A stretch of 64,000 bases of DNA from an uncultured Gammaproteobacteria bacterium (GTDB taxonomy: Bacteria > Pseudomonadota > Gammaproteobacteria > UBA9214), in NCBI GenBank assembly GCA_963773065.1, contig CAVYZN010000023.1:96001-160000 (forward strand), in the 5' to 3' direction. Under the pieces are notes generated by a model. It was given only the letters and a program-made list of their open reading frames with translations, had not been told where the DNA came from and searched no databases. The number at the start of each line of letters is the position of its first letter. Position 1 is the stretch's first letter. Of the stretch, positions 22,410-38,387 are shown one piece after another. The position numbers and the translations under genes were made by a program.

Positions 22410-22622
22410 GGATCAGAACTCCTGGAATTCGGTTCAGCGCGTCGTTACAAGCCGCGGCGCAACGCGTTTAACAGGTTTTGTGGCAAGAATAGCGTGGGAC
22501 TTGCCGTAAATCCGTTCTAGGTACACTGCATCCATGCGTCGATGACCGCCTAGCCGTTCCGACATCCCTGGTAGTCGTGCAGCTCTGTAGCGGTGAGAAC
22601 AGGTTTACAGGGACGGCCACTT

Positions 22623-23095
22623 TTAGATGTAACGGACCTCGACGATCTCCAGGCTGCGCGCGCCGCCCGGGACCGTGACCGTAACGACATCGCCTTCCAT
22701 CTTGGCGATGAGCGCCCGCGCAATCGGGGAATTGATCGAAATCTTGCCGGCCTTGATATCGGCCTCGTCCTCGCCGACGATCTGGTAGGTCACGGACTCG
22801 CCCGTGTCCTCGTCCGCCAGCACCACCGTACTGCCGAACACGACCTTGCCGCCGGCATTCAAGGTGGTGACGTCGACGATATGGGCATGGCTCAGCTTGC
22901 CCTCGATCTCCTTGATGCGTCCCTCGGTAAAACTTTGCTGTTCGCGGGCGGCATGGTATTCGGCATTTTCCTTCAGATCGCCATGCGCGCGCGCCTCCGC
23001 GATGGCCTGGATGATGCGGGGGCGATCGAGCGTCTTCAACCTGAGCAGCTCCTCGCGCAATTTTTCCGCGCCTTTTGCCGTAATGGGGACCTTGG

Positions 23096-23099
<4 letters not shown>
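22623..23099 (-). CDS. greA: transcription elongation factor GreA
   Basis: [17 protein letters not shown] and [11 protein letters not shown]; directly after carB. Confidence 0.97.
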
Positions 23100-26317
<3,218 letters not shown>

Positions 26318-26327
26318 GGGAATTCCG

Positions 26328-27515
26328 TCAGTGGCGCGATTTGCCGCCCGCCGCGCTCCCGACGATACCGCCGGCGGCGGCGACATACTGCCTGATCTGT
26401 TCGATGAAACGGTCGAACAGCGGCGCCACATCATGCGGCCCGGGACTCGCCTCCGGATGACCCTGGAAACAGAATGCCGGGCAGTCCGTGCGCGCGAGGC
26501 CCTGCAGGGAACCGTCGAACAGGGAGCGGTGGGTGGCCACCAGGCAATCCGGCAGGCTGCTCTCATCGACGGCGAAGCCGTGGTTCTGGCTGGTGATCAT
26601 GACCCGCCCGCTCTCGAGGTCCTGCACCGGATGATTGGCCCCGTGATGGCCGAATTTCATCTTGACGGTCCGCGCCCCGCTCGCCAGCGCGAGCAACTGG
26701 TGCCCCAGGCAGATGCCGAACACCGGGATACCGGTCTTGAGCAGTTGCCGGATGGCCGCGATCGCATAATCACAGGGCTCCGGATCGCCCGGTCCATTGG
26801 AGAGAAAAACGCCGTCGGGCCGCATCGCCAGCACCGCATCGGCCGTGGTCCTGGCGGGCACCACGGTAATCCGGCAGCCGCGCGCGGCGAGCATGCGCAG
26901 GATGTTGCGCTTGACGCCATAATCGTAGGCCACCACGTGATAGGGATACGCCGTCGCGGCATGGATCGCGGGCAGGCCCTGGTCCAGTGACCAGAGTCCC
27001 TGGCGCCAGTCATAGGCATTGGCGGTGCTCACGACCTGCGCGAGATCCATCCCCACCAGGCCGGGAAACTCCCGGGCCATGGCGATCGCTTCGGCCGTGT
27101 CGATATCCTCGCCGGCGACCAGGCAGCCGTTCTGGGCGCCCTTCTCGCGCAGCAGGCGCGTGAGGCGCCGGGTGTCGATATCGGCGATGCCGATGACACC
27201 GCGCTGCCGGAGGTAGGCGTCGAGGGTCAGGCAACTGCGCCAGTTACTGGCGCGCGCGGGCAGATCGCGGATCACCAGTCCGGCACAGTGGATCGATCCG
27301 GCTTCTTCATCCGCGGCGTTGGTGCCGACATTGCCGATGTGCGGGTAAGTCAGGGTGACGATCTGGCGGGCATAGGAAGGGTCGGTAAGAATCTCCTGAT
27401 AACCCGTCATGGCGGTGTTGAATACCACTTCACCGGCAATCCGCCCCTCGATACCGATCGATGCACCCCGAAACAGGCTGCCGTCTTCCAGGGCCAATAG
27501 GGCCGGTTTCCTCAA
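26328..27515 (-). CDS. carA: carbamoyl-phosphate synthase small subunit
   Basis: [28 protein letters not shown] and [13 protein letters not shown] motifs; TTG start with GGAGG SD. Confidence 0.97.
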   Translation of the reverse strand: MRKPALLALEDGSLFRGASIGIEGRIAGEVVFNTAMTGYQEILTDPSYARQIVTLTYPHIGNVGTNAADEEAGSIHCAGLVIRDLPARASNWRSCLTLDAYLRQRGVIGIADIDTRRLTRLLREKGAQNGCLVAGEDIDTAEAIAMAREFPGLVGMDLAQVVSTANAYDWRQGLWSLDQGLPAIHAATAYPYHVVAYDYGVKRNILRMLAARGCRITVVPARTTADAVLAMRPDGVFLSNGPGDPEPCDYAIAAIRQLLKTGIPVFGICLGHQLLALASGARTVKMKFGHHGANHPVQDLESGRVMITSQNHGFAVDESSLPDCLVATHRSLFDGSLQGLARTDCPAFCFQGHPEASPGPHDVAPLFDRFIEQIRQYVAAAGGIVGSAAGGKSRH

Positions 27516-27540
27516 GAAAACCTCCGCGTCTGGACGTAGA

Positions 27541-27573
27541 AAACGGGAGGGTTCCCGCGGAACCATCCCGTCT
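27541..27573 (-). promoter_or_regulatory. GC-rich hairpin in the carA leader (possible attenuator/terminator)
   Basis: Minus strand reads ACGGGATGGTTCC-GCG-GGAACCCTCCCGTTTC just upstream of the carA SD. Confidence 0.45.
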
Positions 27574-27641
27574 CTTGAAACTGATGTGAACTGCTCGCTA
27601 GCGTGCTGCGAATTGTACTGGATTGTCAACGGGGCTGTCTA

Positions 27642-28505
<864 letters not shown>

Positions 28506-29642
28506 CTACATCTTCATGCCATCGAAGAACTTCTTCACGCCATCCAGCCAGGAATGGGTCTGCGGGCTGTGCCGGCTGCCGCCCTCGTCCATTTCGCCGG
28601 CAAACTCCTGCAGCATCTCCTTCTGCTTGCGGCTCAGATTCACCGGGGTCTCGATAGTCACCTTGCAGATCAGGTCGCCGACCGGCCCGCCCCGCACCGG
28701 CTTTACCCCCTTGCCGCGGATACGGAACATCCTGCCGGTCTGGGTCTCCGGCGGGATCTTGAGATTCACGCGCCCATCGAGCGTGGGCACCTCCAGTTCA
28801 CCGCCGAGCGCCGCCGTGACGAAACCGATCGGCACCTCGCAGTAGAGGTTGTTCTCTTCGCGCACGAAGATGGGATGCTGCCTGACCTGGATCTGGACGT
28901 AGAGATCGCCGGGCGGACCACCGCTCTCACCGGCCTCGCCTTCACCGGCCAGGCGTATCCGGTCCCCGGTATCGACGCCGGCCGGGACCTTCACCGACAG
29001 GGTCTTGCGCTCCTCGACGCGACCCTGGCCATGGCACTTCTGGCACGGGTCGGAAATGAGGGTGCCCTTGCCATGACAGCGCGGACAGGTCTGTTGCAGT
29101 GAAAAAAAGCCCTGCTGCATGCGGACCTGCCCGTGGCCTCCGCAGGTAGCGCAGGTCGTCGGAGTGCTGCCCTTGCGCGCCCCGCTGCCGCCGCACTCAT
29201 CACAGGCCACCCGGGTCGGTACGCGGATCTTGACGCTGGTGCCGGCCACCGCGTCCTCCAGCGACAGGTCAAGGTTGTAGCGCAAGTCGGAACCGCGGTA
29301 AACCCGCTGCCCGCCGGCGCCGCCGCGTCCGGCGCCGAAGATGTCGCCGAACACGTCACCGAAGATGTCACTGAAACTCGCCCCCGCGCCCGCCGATCCG
29401 CCACCGCCCATGGAGGGGTCCACGCCGGCATGGCCGAACTGGTCGTAGGCGGCGCGTTTGCGGGAATCGCTGAGCACCTCGTAGGCTTCCTTGCACTCCT
29501 TGAATTTGTTCTCCGCCCCCTTGTCGTCCGGATTGCGGTCCGGATGGTGTTTCTGCGCGGCGCGGCGATAGGCCTTCTTCAGTTCGGCTTCACTGGCGTT
29601 TTTGGAAACACCGAGGACTTCGTAGTAATCACGTTTTGACAT
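28506..29642 (-). CDS. dnaJ: chaperone DnaJ
   Basis: J-domain HPDRN, G/F-rich region and four CxxCxGxG repeats. Confidence 0.98.
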   Translation of the reverse strand: MSKRDYYEVLGVSKNASEAELKKAYRRAAQKHHPDRNPDDKGAENKFKECKEAYEVLSDSRKRAAYDQFGHAGVDPSMGGGGSAGAGASFSDIFGDVFGDIFGAGRGGAGGQRVYRGSDLRYNLDLSLEDAVAGTSVKIRVPTRVACDECGGSGARKGSTPTTCATCGGHGQVRMQQGFFSLQQTCPRCHGKGTLISDPCQKCHGQGRVEERKTLSVKVPAGVDTGDRIRLAGEGEAGESGGPPGDLYVQIQVRQHPIFVREENNLYCEVPIGFVTAALGGELEVPTLDGRVNLKIPPETQTGRMFRIRGKGVKPVRGGPVGDLICKVTIETPVNLSRKQKEMLQEFAGEMDEGGSRHSPQTHSWLDGVKKFFDGMKM

Positions 29643-29910
29643 AAGGTCGGCAGTTAGTCTGGTTGCAGCCCGGATTGTTTACCGCAAAGAGGCAAGGTGC
29701 ATCATGCCGCCGTAAAGTGCGGCAGGTCTTACCGGAAATTTCGACCGGGAATCCTCTCGGCATCCGTCAATCCGCCCTCAACCCCGCGTCCTGTCCAGTG
29801 ACGCGGCTGCTCGTCTGCATTCGGCCTCGTGGACACGCCATCCACGACGAATGTCCGCCACCGGCACAAGCCGATGGCGGAGCTGGCGTCCGCGCACGTC
29901 AATCACACCG

Positions 29911-31854
29911 TCATTTGCGGCCGGCGTCTTTCACCTCTTCAAACTCCGCATCGACGACATCACCCTCCGCCCCGGCGCCAGCCTCGCCGGCCGCGCCACC
30001 CGCGGCGCCGGTACCCGCGGCTCCCTGCCCGGCCTGCTGCTCCTTGTAAACACGCTCGGCGAGTTTTCCGGATTTCTCACCCAGTTCACTGGTGCGTGCC
30101 TCGATGGCGCCCTTGTCGTCACCCTTCATGGCTTGCTGCAAGGCTTCGATGGCCGCCTTGATCTCCTTCTTCTCGGACTCGGTCACCTTCTCGCCAAGGT
30201 CCTTGAGCGACTTGTTGGTGGCATGGATTAGTCCATCCGCATGGTTGCGCGCATCGATCAGCTCATGGAACCTGCGGTCTTCCTCGGCATGCGCCTCGGC
30301 GTCCTTGACCATCTGATCGATTTCCGCATCCGACAATCCGCTCGAGGCCTTGATCTGGATCGACTGCTGCTTGCCGGTCGCCTTGTCCTTCGCCGAAACG
30401 TGCAGGATGCCGTTGGCGTCGATATCGAAGGTCACCTCGATCTGCGGCACGCCGCGCGGGGCCGTCGGGATATCGCTCAGATCGAACCGCCCCAGCGACT
30501 TGTTCGCGGAAGCCACGTCGCGTTCACCCTGCAGCACATGCACGGTAACCGCCGTCTGGTTGTCGTCCGCCGTCGAGAAGACCTGGTTAGCCTTGGTCGG
30601 GATGGTGGTGTTCTTTTCGATCAGTTTGGTCATCACCCCGCCCAGCGTCTCGATGCCGAGCGAGAGCGGCGTCACGTCGAGCAGCAGCACGTCCTTGACA
30701 TGGCCCGACAGTACGCCGCCCTGGATCGCCGCACCGACCGCCACGGCCTCGTCGGGATTGACGTCCTTGCGCGGCTCCTTGCCGAAGAAATTCCTGACCA
30801 CCTCCTGCACCTTGGGCATGCGGGTCTGGCCGCCCACCAGGATGATGTCATCGATCTGGCTGGTCGACATCCCGGCATCCTTGAGGGCGATCTTGCACGG
30901 CTCGATGGTCCGGTCGATCAGGTCCTCGACCAGGGCTTCGAGCTTGGCGCGGGTAAGCTTCATGTTGAGGTGCTTGGGCCCGCTGGCATCCGCGGTGATA
31001 TACGGCAGGTTCACGTCGGTCTGCTGGCTTGAGGACAGCTCGATCTTGGCCTTTTCGGCCCCTTCCTTGAGTCGCTGCATGGCAAGCGGGTCACCGCGCA
31101 GATCGATACCCTGATCCTTCTTGAACTCGTCCGCGAGGTAGTCGATCAGCCGCTTGTCGAAATCTTCACCGCCGAGGAAGGTATCGCCGTTGGTGGATAG
31201 CACTTCGAACTGGTGTTCGCCATCCACATCGGCGATCTCGATGATGGAGATATCGAAGGTGCCGCCGCCGAGATCGTACACGGCGATCTTGGAGTCGCCG
31301 CGCTTCTTGTCCATCCCATAGGCGAGCGCCGCCGCCGTCGGTTCGTTGATGATGCGTTTCACCTCCAGGCCGGCGATGCGTCCGGCATCCTTGGTGGCCT
31401 GACGCTGCGAGTCGTTGAAATAGGCCGGCACCGTGATGACCGCCTCGGTCACCTTCTCGCCCAGGTAATCCTCCGCCGTGCTCTTCATCTTCTGCAGCAC
31501 ACGGGCGGAGATTTCCGGCGGCGACATGCGCTTGCCGCCCGCTTCAACCCAGGCATCGCCGTTGTCCGCCTTGACGATCTTGTACGGCACCAGCTTGATG
31601 TCACGCTGGACGACGTCTTCCTGGAAGCGGCGGCCGATCAGGCGCTTGATCGCATTGAGGGTGTTGCGCGGGTTGGTGACCGCCTGGCGCTTCGCGGACT
31701 GACCCACCAGGATTTCATCATTGCCGGTGAAGGCCACGATGGAAGGCGTGGTGCGGTCCCCCTCGCTGTTTTCAATGACCCGCGGTTTACCCCCCTCCAT
31801 GATGGCCACACAGGAATTGGTGGTGCCCAGGTCAATGCCGATAATCTTTGCCAT
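29911..31854 (-). CDS. dnaK: chaperone DnaK
   Basis: [17 protein letters not shown] and DAEFEEV motifs. Confidence 0.98.
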   Translation of the reverse strand: MAKIIGIDLGTTNSCVAIMEGGKPRVIENSEGDRTTPSIVAFTGNDEILVGQSAKRQAVTNPRNTLNAIKRLIGRRFQEDVVQRDIKLVPYKIVKADNGDAWVEAGGKRMSPPEISARVLQKMKSTAEDYLGEKVTEAVITVPAYFNDSQRQATKDAGRIAGLEVKRIINEPTAAALAYGMDKKRGDSKIAVYDLGGGTFDISIIEIADVDGEHQFEVLSTNGDTFLGGEDFDKRLIDYLADEFKKDQGIDLRGDPLAMQRLKEGAEKAKIELSSSQQTDVNLPYITADASGPKHLNMKLTRAKLEALVEDLIDRTIEPCKIALKDAGMSTSQIDDIILVGGQTRMPKVQEVVRNFFGKEPRKDVNPDEAVAVGAAIQGGVLSGHVKDVLLLDVTPLSLGIETLGGVMTKLIEKNTTIPTKANQVFSTADDNQTAVTVHVLQGERDVASANKSLGRFDLSDIPTAPRGVPQIEVTFDIDANGILHVSAKDKATGKQQSIQIKASSGLSDAEIDQMVKDAEAHAEEDRRFHELIDARNHADGLIHATNKSLKDLGEKVTESEKKEIKAAIEALQQAMKGDDKGAIEARTSELGEKSGKLAERVYKEQQAGQGAAGTGAAGGAAGEAGAGAEGDVVDAEFEEVKDAGRK

Positions 31855-31920
31855 TTTTTCAAGTCTCCATGTAACTTCATGAATAATCGGATGATGCATC
31901 CAGACTGCCGCTACCCTCCT

Positions 31921-31949
31921 ACATGGGGACGGCAGGCAAATAAATCAAG
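31921..31949 (-). promoter_or_regulatory. sigma32 (RpoH)-type promoter upstream of dnaK
   Basis: Minus strand CTTGAT-N15-CCCCATGT. Confidence 0.75.
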
Positions 31950-32552
31950 CCTGAGGATTGGTGCTGGCGCCGCCGGAGTCCTCGGGCAACCGTGACACGA
32001 TCACCATCGCCGGTCGCAGGAGGCGCTCGTTCAGCAGGTAGCCTTTCTGGACCACGGTCACCACGGTATTCGGTTCGATGTCCGCGCGCTCCTGCAGGGA
32101 CACGGCCTGGTGAAAATCCGGATTGAACCGCTCGAGCTGCGGATTGACCTCCGTGATGCCGAATTTCCCCAGGACGGTCGTGAGCATCTGCAGGGTCAGT
32201 TCGACGCCCTCCTGCAACCTCGACCGGATCGACCTGCCCGCCCGCGAGGGCGGCGAGACCCATTTCCAGGCTGTCGCGCACCGGCAGCAATTCCTGCGCA
32301 AAACGTTCCAGGGCAAACTTGTGGGCGTTGGCCAGGTCACGCTCGGAACGCTTGCGCAGATTGTCCATTTCGGCCTGCAGACGCAGACACAGGTTCCAGT
32401 TCTCATCGACCTTGTTGCGGGCATCTTCCAGCAAGGTGGCCAGTTCCGGTTCCTGCGGCGGCGGGCGCCATGGCGGCCCCTGTATCAGGGGGGATCTCCG
32501 CCCCGGCCTGCTCAGCCGATTCCTCGGCGAGGTTATTTTCCTTATCCGACAT
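31945..32552 (-). CDS. grpE: nucleotide exchange factor GrpE (two apparent indels)
   Basis: [13 protein letters not shown]...LLPVRDSLE in one frame and FNPDFHQAV...[18 protein letters not shown] in the next; ATG 32552. Confidence 0.93.
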
Positions 32553-32632
32553 AGTGATACTCCATATTCCTCATCTTGTCGCAGACACGGAATGGCAGGC
32601 GTATCGCCTGAAATGAATTCCGGTGACTGAAT

Positions 32633-32658
32633 GTATGGGTTAATCTTTCTGTTTCAAG
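32633..32658 (-). promoter_or_regulatory. sigma32-type promoter for grpE overlapping the hrcA stop
   Basis: Minus strand CTTGAAA-N12-CCCATAC. Confidence 0.6.
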
Positions 32659-33683
32659 GCCGCGCCGAGCAAGCGCGCGGTCGCATCCACGATGGGGATG
32701 ATCCGTTCATAGGCCATGCGGGTGGGCCCGATGACCCCGAGCACACCCACGATACGGCCATCGATCTGGTAGGGGGCGGTCACCATACTGCATTCATCCA
32801 GCGTCTGGTAGCCGGATTCATCGCCAATAAAAATCTGTATGCCCTCCGCCTGTACGCACTGGTCGAGGAGATGGAGGATTTCCCGCTTTTTATTGAAGGC
32901 TTCAAACAGGTTGCGCAGTTTATCAATATCGCATAACTCATGGAATTCCATCAGGTTGGTCTGGCCGGCCATGACGTAACCCTCAGTCCGGTTCTGCTCC
33001 AGAATCTGATCCGCCATCTGCATCGCCGTCACCATCATGCGGTTCATGGTGGAACGCGTTTCCTGCATTTCACGCAACAGGATATCGCGTACGGCCGCCA
33101 GATCCTTGCCGGTGAAATGCTCATTCAGGTAGTTCGATGCCTGCTGCAGTTCGGATGCACTGCATTGGCGCTCAATTGCGATGATGCGGTTCTGTACCTC
33201 ACCCTTGCTGGTCACCAGGATCGCCAGCACCCGATTTTCCGACAATGGCAGAAACTCGACACGCCGGAAAATCGCCTGCTCGTGCTTCGGCAGCGTGACC
33301 ACACCGGCCAGGTGAGTAATCCCGGACAACAGGCCGGACGTGGCCTCGATCAGCTCCTTCGGCGCCATCCCCACGTCGAACTCGGCACGCAACTCCTCGA
33401 TCGACAGGGTATCCAGTGGCTGCACCTTGAGCAGGATATCCACGAAAAAACGATAGCCCTGCACCGTGGGAACCCGTCCGGCCGAGGTATGCGGCGAGCG
33501 GATATACCCTAGCTCCTCCAGATCTGACATGACATTGCGGATGGTTGCCGGGCTGAGGTTAAGCCCCGCTTCCCGCGCCAGGGTTCTGGAACCCACGGGC
33601 TGGCCATCGCGAATATAGCGGTCAATCAGCACCTTCAGCATATGCTGAGCACGTTCCGATATGTCGTGCGTCGTCTCTGTCAT
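32640..33683 (-). CDS. hrcA: heat-inducible transcription repressor HrcA
   Basis: PVGSRTL, SPATIRNVM.DLE, PHTSAGRVPT..GYRFFVD and GVIGPTRM.Y motifs. Confidence 0.97.
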   Translation of the reverse strand: MTETTHDISERAQHMLKVLIDRYIRDGQPVGSRTLAREAGLNLSPATIRNVMSDLEELGYIRSPHTSAGRVPTVQGYRFFVDILLKVQPLDTLSIEELRAEFDVGMAPKELIEATSGLLSGITHLAGVVTLPKHEQAIFRRVEFLPLSENRVLAILVTSKGEVQNRIIAIERQCSASELQQASNYLNEHFTGKDLAAVRDILLREMQETRSTMNRMMVTAMQMADQILEQNRTEGYVMAGQTNLMEFHELCDIDKLRNLFEAFNKKREILHLLDQCVQAEGIQIFIGDESGYQTLDECSMVTAPYQIDGRIVGVLGVIGPTRMAYERIIPIVDATARLLGAALKQKD

Positions 33684-33732
33684 CGTCGTGAAAGGTGTGT
33701 GCCGCGAAAACATCGGCAGATGCGCTATCCGG

Positions 33733-33759
33733 CTGGCACTCTCAAATATAGAGTGCCAG
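33733..33759. promoter_or_regulatory. CIRCE operator
   Basis: CTGGCACTC-N9-GAGTGCCAG perfect palindrome about 50 bp upstream of hrcA (consensus TTAGCACTC-N9-GAGTGCTAA). Confidence 0.88.
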
Positions 33760-33900
33760 TGCGCCGCATGCAACCGGCGCTTTGTCTGCCGCAGGAACAA
33801 GAAAACGGTTTCAGACCGCCGGCAACGGGTGGACTCGCGGGAGTTGGCGTACCTGTACCGTCATGATAGCTTTCCAGTCTGTCCATCCGAAAAGGCATCC

Positions 33901-34778
33901 ATGAATACTCCCTTCGAGCGCGTCGGCCTCATCGGCAAGTCCGGTGACCGCAACGTTTCGGCCGCCCTGCAGGCGCTGACTGCGCTGCTCGAACGTCATC
34001 GCTTGCAGATCCTGCTGGATGAGGGCATTGCGGATATGCTTGCCGGGCGCCGCCTACCCGGTGGTTACGCCGTGACGTCATGGCCATGCAATGCGACCTC
34101 GCCATCGTGGTCGGCGGCGACGGTACCCTGCTGAATGCAGCGCGCAGCCTGGTCGAGCCAGGCTGCGCCGTGCTGGGCGTCAATCTCGGGCGTCTCGGCT
34201 TTCTGGTGGATGTCTCGCCGGAAGAGATGGACACGCAACTCGACAGGATCCTCGACGGCGAATTCATCGAGGAGCAGCGTACGCTCTTGCATGCCACGGT
34301 GACGAGAAAACGGGAACCGGTCGATGTCAGCACCGCCCTGAATGATGTCACCATACACAAGAAAGACATCGCGCGCATGATTGAGCTCGATACCTGGATC
34401 GACGGGCATTTTCTGAACAGGAACCGCTCCGACGGCCTGATCGTCGCCACACCGACGGGTTCAACCGCCTACGCCCTGTCGGGCGGCGGGCCGATCCTGC
34501 ACCCGAGCCTCGATGCCATCACCCTGGTACCCATCTGCCCGCATACACTCAGCAATCGCCCGATTGTCATCAACCACAACTCGAGCATCGAGATCGTCAT
34601 CCACGAGGGTACGCTGCAGGGCCAGATCTCCTGTGATGGCCAGATCAACCTGACGCTCAACCCCGGCGACCGGGTCACGGTGCGCAAACATGATCATACC
34701 CTGCGTCTTGTTCACCCTCCCGGCCATGACTACTTTGATATGCTGCGCAAGAAACTGCGCTGGAGCGAACAGCCCTGA
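33901..34778 (+). CDS. nadK: NAD kinase (indel near 34050-34080)
   Basis: VGGDGTLL, GVNLGRLGFL, ALND and DGLIVATPTGSTAYALSGGGP motifs; hrcA/nadK/recN synteny. Confidence 0.95.
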
Positions 34779-34922
34779 ACCATCGAATGCATTCACCGCT
34801 GCCAGAACCTGTGGAACGACACGTCCGGACAAGCCGATACTACCGGAGTTCGAATTACGTCATTCGCGACACTCATCATCGCGACATCCGCGCGACGTGG
34901 TAGACTCCCTGGCTGAAACAAC

Positions 34923-36641
34923 ATGCTCTCGCATATCCATATCCGCAATTTCGCCATCGTCGACGAGATCGATGTCGAATTTGATGTCGGCCTGACGGCA
35001 TTGACGGGAGAAACCGGCGCCGGCAAGTCGATACTGATCGACGCGCTGGGGTTGGTCCTTGGCGATCGTGCCGACAGCAATGTCATTCGACACGGCTGCG
35101 AGCGCGCCGAGATCTCGGTCGGCTTCGCGATCCAGGACCTGCCGGCAATCGCCCGCTGGCTCGAGGACAGGGGGCTGCAGGCGGACGGTGAATGCCAGTT
35201 GCGCCGCATCATCAATCAGGATGGCCGCTCACGCGGTTTCATCAACAACCTGCCGGTTCCCCTGCAGTCCCTGCGCGAACTGGGTGAACAACTGGTCGAT
35301 ATCCACGGCCAGCATGAACACCAGTCCCTCCTGCATGCCTCCATCCAGCGCCAGCTGCTGGATGATTTCGCCGCCCACGAAACATCGCTGGCCGACATCG
35401 CCCGTCTCTTCAGGGACTGGAAATCGACCCGCGATGAACTCGAAGCCGTTACCCGCACCGAGCAGGACCGCGAGGCGCGCCTCGATCTGCTGCGCTACCA
35501 GTTGCAGGAGCTGGAGGCGCTGCATCTGGATGTGGATGAAATTACACACCTGGCCAGGGAACACAGCCGGCTGGCCAATGCCGGTGAGCTGTTGAGCGCC
35601 TGCCAGCGGGGCCTGGAGCGTCTGTATGACGATGAAACCGCTTCCGCGTATCGACAGATCAGCCAGACACTCACTGAAACGGAGCAACTGGTCAGGTTCG
35701 ATGAACGCCTGATGGCAACCGCGCAACTCCTGGGCGAGATCCTGGTCCTGGTGCAGGAATGTGCCGACGGTCTCAGGCGCCAGGCGGAAGGGCTGGAAGT
35801 GGACCCTGAGCAGTTACGCACCCTGGAAACCCGCATCGGCATTATCCACGACCTGTCCCGCAAGCACCGCTGCGCCCCGGAACGACTGCCATCCGTACAG
35901 GAAGCGATGCGCCAGGAACTTGCTTCCCTGGAAGCCGCCGATGAGCGGCGCGCCGGGTTGCAGTCCAGGCTGGCCACGCTGGAAAGCGCCTATCTGGGGG
36001 CCGCCCAGCAGTTATCGGTGCGCCGCCGCAAGGCAGCCGGGCAATTTGGCAAACAGGTCACCGAGGCCATGCAGGCACTTGGCATGCCAGGTGGAATCTT
36101 CGGGGTCGATGTCCAGTACGACAAGAACAGGCCGTTTGGTCCGCACGGACTGGACAGCATCGCGTTCCTGGCGAGCGCCAACCCCGGACAGCCTGCGGGC
36201 GCGTTAGCCAGGGTGGCCTCCGGTGGCGAGTTATCGCGCATCAGCCTCGCCATCCAGGTCATGTCACCGCGCAGCGCCTGCATACCCACCCTGATCTTCG
36301 ACGAAGTGGACAGCGGGATTGGCGGCGGGGTCGCCGAAATCGTCGGTCAGAAACTGCGTGCACTGGGTGCAGACCGGCAGGTATTCTGCGTCACCCACCT
36401 GCCCCAGGTTGCCGCCCTTGCGCATCACCAATTACAGGTCACCAAACTCACGGGAGAGGACACCACCCGCACCCGTATCCGCAAACTGAACCAGGAAGAA
36501 CGCGTCGACGAGCTGGCGCGCATGCTGGGCGGCATCGAGATCACCCGGCAGACCCGGGAGCATGCGCGCGATTTGATGGAACGCGCCCAGAATGCCAAAC
36601 CACCCGGAAGGAAAAAGAAATCCACACCGCGCGCCGGTTGA
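34923..36641 (+). CDS. recN: DNA repair protein RecN
   Basis: TGETGAGKS, IHGQHEHQ, ASGGELSR, FDEVDSGIGG and VTHLPQVAA motifs. Confidence 0.98.
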   Translation: MLSHIHIRNFAIVDEIDVEFDVGLTALTGETGAGKSILIDALGLVLGDRADSNVIRHGCERAEISVGFAIQDLPAIARWLEDRGLQADGECQLRRIINQDGRSRGFINNLPVPLQSLRELGEQLVDIHGQHEHQSLLHASIQRQLLDDFAAHETSLADIARLFRDWKSTRDELEAVTRTEQDREARLDLLRYQLQELEALHLDVDEITHLAREHSRLANAGELLSACQRGLERLYDDETASAYRQISQTLTETEQLVRFDERLMATAQLLGEILVLVQECADGLRRQAEGLEVDPEQLRTLETRIGIIHDLSRKHRCAPERLPSVQEAMRQELASLEAADERRAGLQSRLATLESAYLGAAQQLSVRRRKAAGQFGKQVTEAMQALGMPGGIFGVDVQYDKNRPFGPHGLDSIAFLASANPGQPAGALARVASGGELSRISLAIQVMSPRSACIPTLIFDEVDSGIGGGVAEIVGQKLRALGADRQVFCVTHLPQVAALAHHQLQVTKLTGEDTTRTRIRKLNQEERVDELARMLGGIEITRQTREHARDLMERAQNAKPPGRKKKSTPRAG

Positions 36642-36658
36642 AATACCCGGCAGGGGTA

Positions 36659-37078
36659 TTAACCCGCCTTGGTGCGACAGGCGGAACAGATCCCGTACAT
36701 GTAGAGACAGTGGTCGGTCATTTCATAGCCGAGACGGACGGCAATGGCTTTCTGCCGCTCTTCGATCATTTCATCGATAAATTCATCGACCCGGCCGCAT
36801 TTCACGCACAAGATATGATCGTGATGAACCCCCTCGTTGAGTTCGAACACGGAATGGCCCCCCTCGAAGTGATGGCGCTTTACCAGACCGGCTGCCTCGA
36901 ACTGCGTCAACACCCGATAAACGGTCGCAAGTCCGATGTCCTCGCCGGTATCCAGCAAGGCCTTGTAGACGTCTTCCGCGCTGTGATGTCGGCTGCTGCT
37001 TTGCACCAGGATATCCAGAATCTTCACTCTGGGCAGGGTAACCTTCAGTCCGGCCTTGCGTAACTCACTGGATTCCAA
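36659..37078 (-). CDS. fur: ferric uptake regulator
   Basis: [21 protein letters not shown] and HHDH..C..CG motifs. Confidence 0.97.
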   Translation of the reverse strand: MESSELRKAGLKVTLPRVKILDILVQSSSRHHSAEDVYKALLDTGEDIGLATVYRVLTQFEAAGLVKRHHFEGGHSVFELNEGVHHDHILCVKCGRVDEFIDEMIEERQKAIAVRLGYEMTDHCLYMYGICSACRTKAG

Positions 37079-37165
37079 TGCGTACTCTCCTTTGCTAATG
37101 CCATCGTAGGCAGACTTGGGGTATCATGCAGCCGGCCATTCCGAGAGAATCCGACGGGTCTGCGG

Positions 37166-37627
37166 ATGAAAAAGCTTCTCATTATTATCACTTGCTTTGC
37201 AAGCCTGTTTACAGCGGCTTGCACCGCGTCACGGTTGCACCTGGTTCACAAGATAGATGTCCAGCAGGGCAATGTCGTCACCCAGGATATGGTCAACCAG
37301 TTGAAACCCGGCATGACCCGCAGCCAGGTCCAGTTCATCATGGGGTCTCCCTTGGTGGTCGATACCTTCCACCAGCATCGGTGGGATTACGTTTATTACT
37401 TCAAACCGGGTTACGGCGACGCCACCGAACAACGGGTCACGCTGTTATTCAATGATGACTCCCTCGCCAGCATCACCGGATCGGTACATCCCGAGGCGGG
37501 CGTTATCGTGGCGGGCGATAATAGCGCGCCGGTAACGGTGGTCGTTCCACCGTACGAGCGGGTGGAACCCGGATTATTGAACAAGATCTGGCACTGGATA
37601 ACCTTTCGCAAGCCCCCGGAATCCTAG
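37166..37627 (+). CDS. bamE: outer membrane protein assembly factor BamE
   Basis: Lipobox TAAC, IDVQQGN, GMTRSQV...GSPL and RWDYVY; divergent from fur. Confidence 0.95.
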   Translation: MKKLLIIITCFASLFTAACTASRLHLVHKIDVQQGNVVTQDMVNQLKPGMTRSQVQFIMGSPLVVDTFHQHRWDYVYYFKPGYGDATEQRVTLLFNDDSLASITGSVHPEAGVIVAGDNSAPVTVVVPPYERVEPGLLNKIWHWITFRKPPES

Positions 37628-37935
37628 CCCGCGCCTTTTTTCATGTCCTTGCCCCTGGCCGCGCGTTGTTTCCTGATTTCCTTGGGATCTGCGATCAACG
37701 GCCGGTAGATCTCGACGCGGTCACCGTTGCGCAGGGTGTCGGCGAGCTTGCACGGCTTGCCGAAGATACCGACCTTGTTGCTGTCGAGATCGATTTCCGG
37801 AAATTGCTGCAGTATCCCGGAGTCGCGTATGGCCTGTTCCGCCGTTGTTCCTTCGTCAACCCGCAGTTCCAGAATCAACTGCCGCCGCGGCAAGGCGTAG
37901 GCAACTTCGACCGTGATTTGCTCAACGTTTCCCAT
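37624..37935 (-). CDS. ratB: RnfH/RatB ubiquitin-like protein
   Basis: VEVAYA.P..Q, VGIFGK and [17 protein letters not shown] motifs. Confidence 0.92.
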   Translation of the reverse strand: MGNVEQITVEVAYALPRRQLILELRVDEGTTAEQAIRDSGILQQFPEIDLDSNKVGIFGKPCKLADTLRNGDRVEIYRPLIADPKEIRKQRAARGKDMKKGAG

Positions 37936-38359
37936 AAATCTCGACTGCTCGCTGCTGAAAGGCATCGACCAGCGTATTGGCGATCTGCCCGAATATAGGC
38001 CCGACCACCAGGCCAAGCACGCGGTTGGAGAAACCGTACTCGAGAAACAGCGCGATCTTGCTGCCTTCATCACCGAGGGGGTCGAAACGCCAGAACCCGT
38101 CCAGCCGGCTGAAGGGACCATCTACCAGGTGCATCTCGATCATTTTGTTCACCTGATGCCGGTTGCGCGTGGTGAATGATTTGGTCAAGCCACCGACCGC
38201 AAACTCGATTCTGGCGCGCACCTCGTCGATATCACGGGTCAGTATCAGCGCCCCCTTACACCAGGGGAGAAAACGCGGATATGACCCGATATCGCTCACC
38301 AGTTCGAACATCTCCTGTGGGGTATAGGGCACCAGCGCCGAACGATCAACCGATTCCAC
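37922..38359 (-). CDS. ratA: RatA/PasT (CoQ10/START family)
   Basis: RSALVPY...MF.LV.DI..YP.FLPWC, FTTRN and LVDGPF..L.G.W.F motifs. Confidence 0.93.
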   Translation of the reverse strand: MESVDRSALVPYTPQEMFELVSDIGSYPRFLPWCKGALILTRDIDEVRARIEFAVGGLTKSFTTRNRHQVNKMIEMHLVDGPFSRLDGFWRFDPLGDEGSKIALFLEYGFSNRVLGLVVGPIFGQIANTLVDAFQQRAVEIYGKR

Positions 38360-38387
38360 GACAATGACCCGTTAATGCGATCCGCAA

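Noticed and set aside
22410-22620. yhbY or an sRNA between greA and DUF4149
   Set aside because: No ORF or recognisable RNA motif is present.
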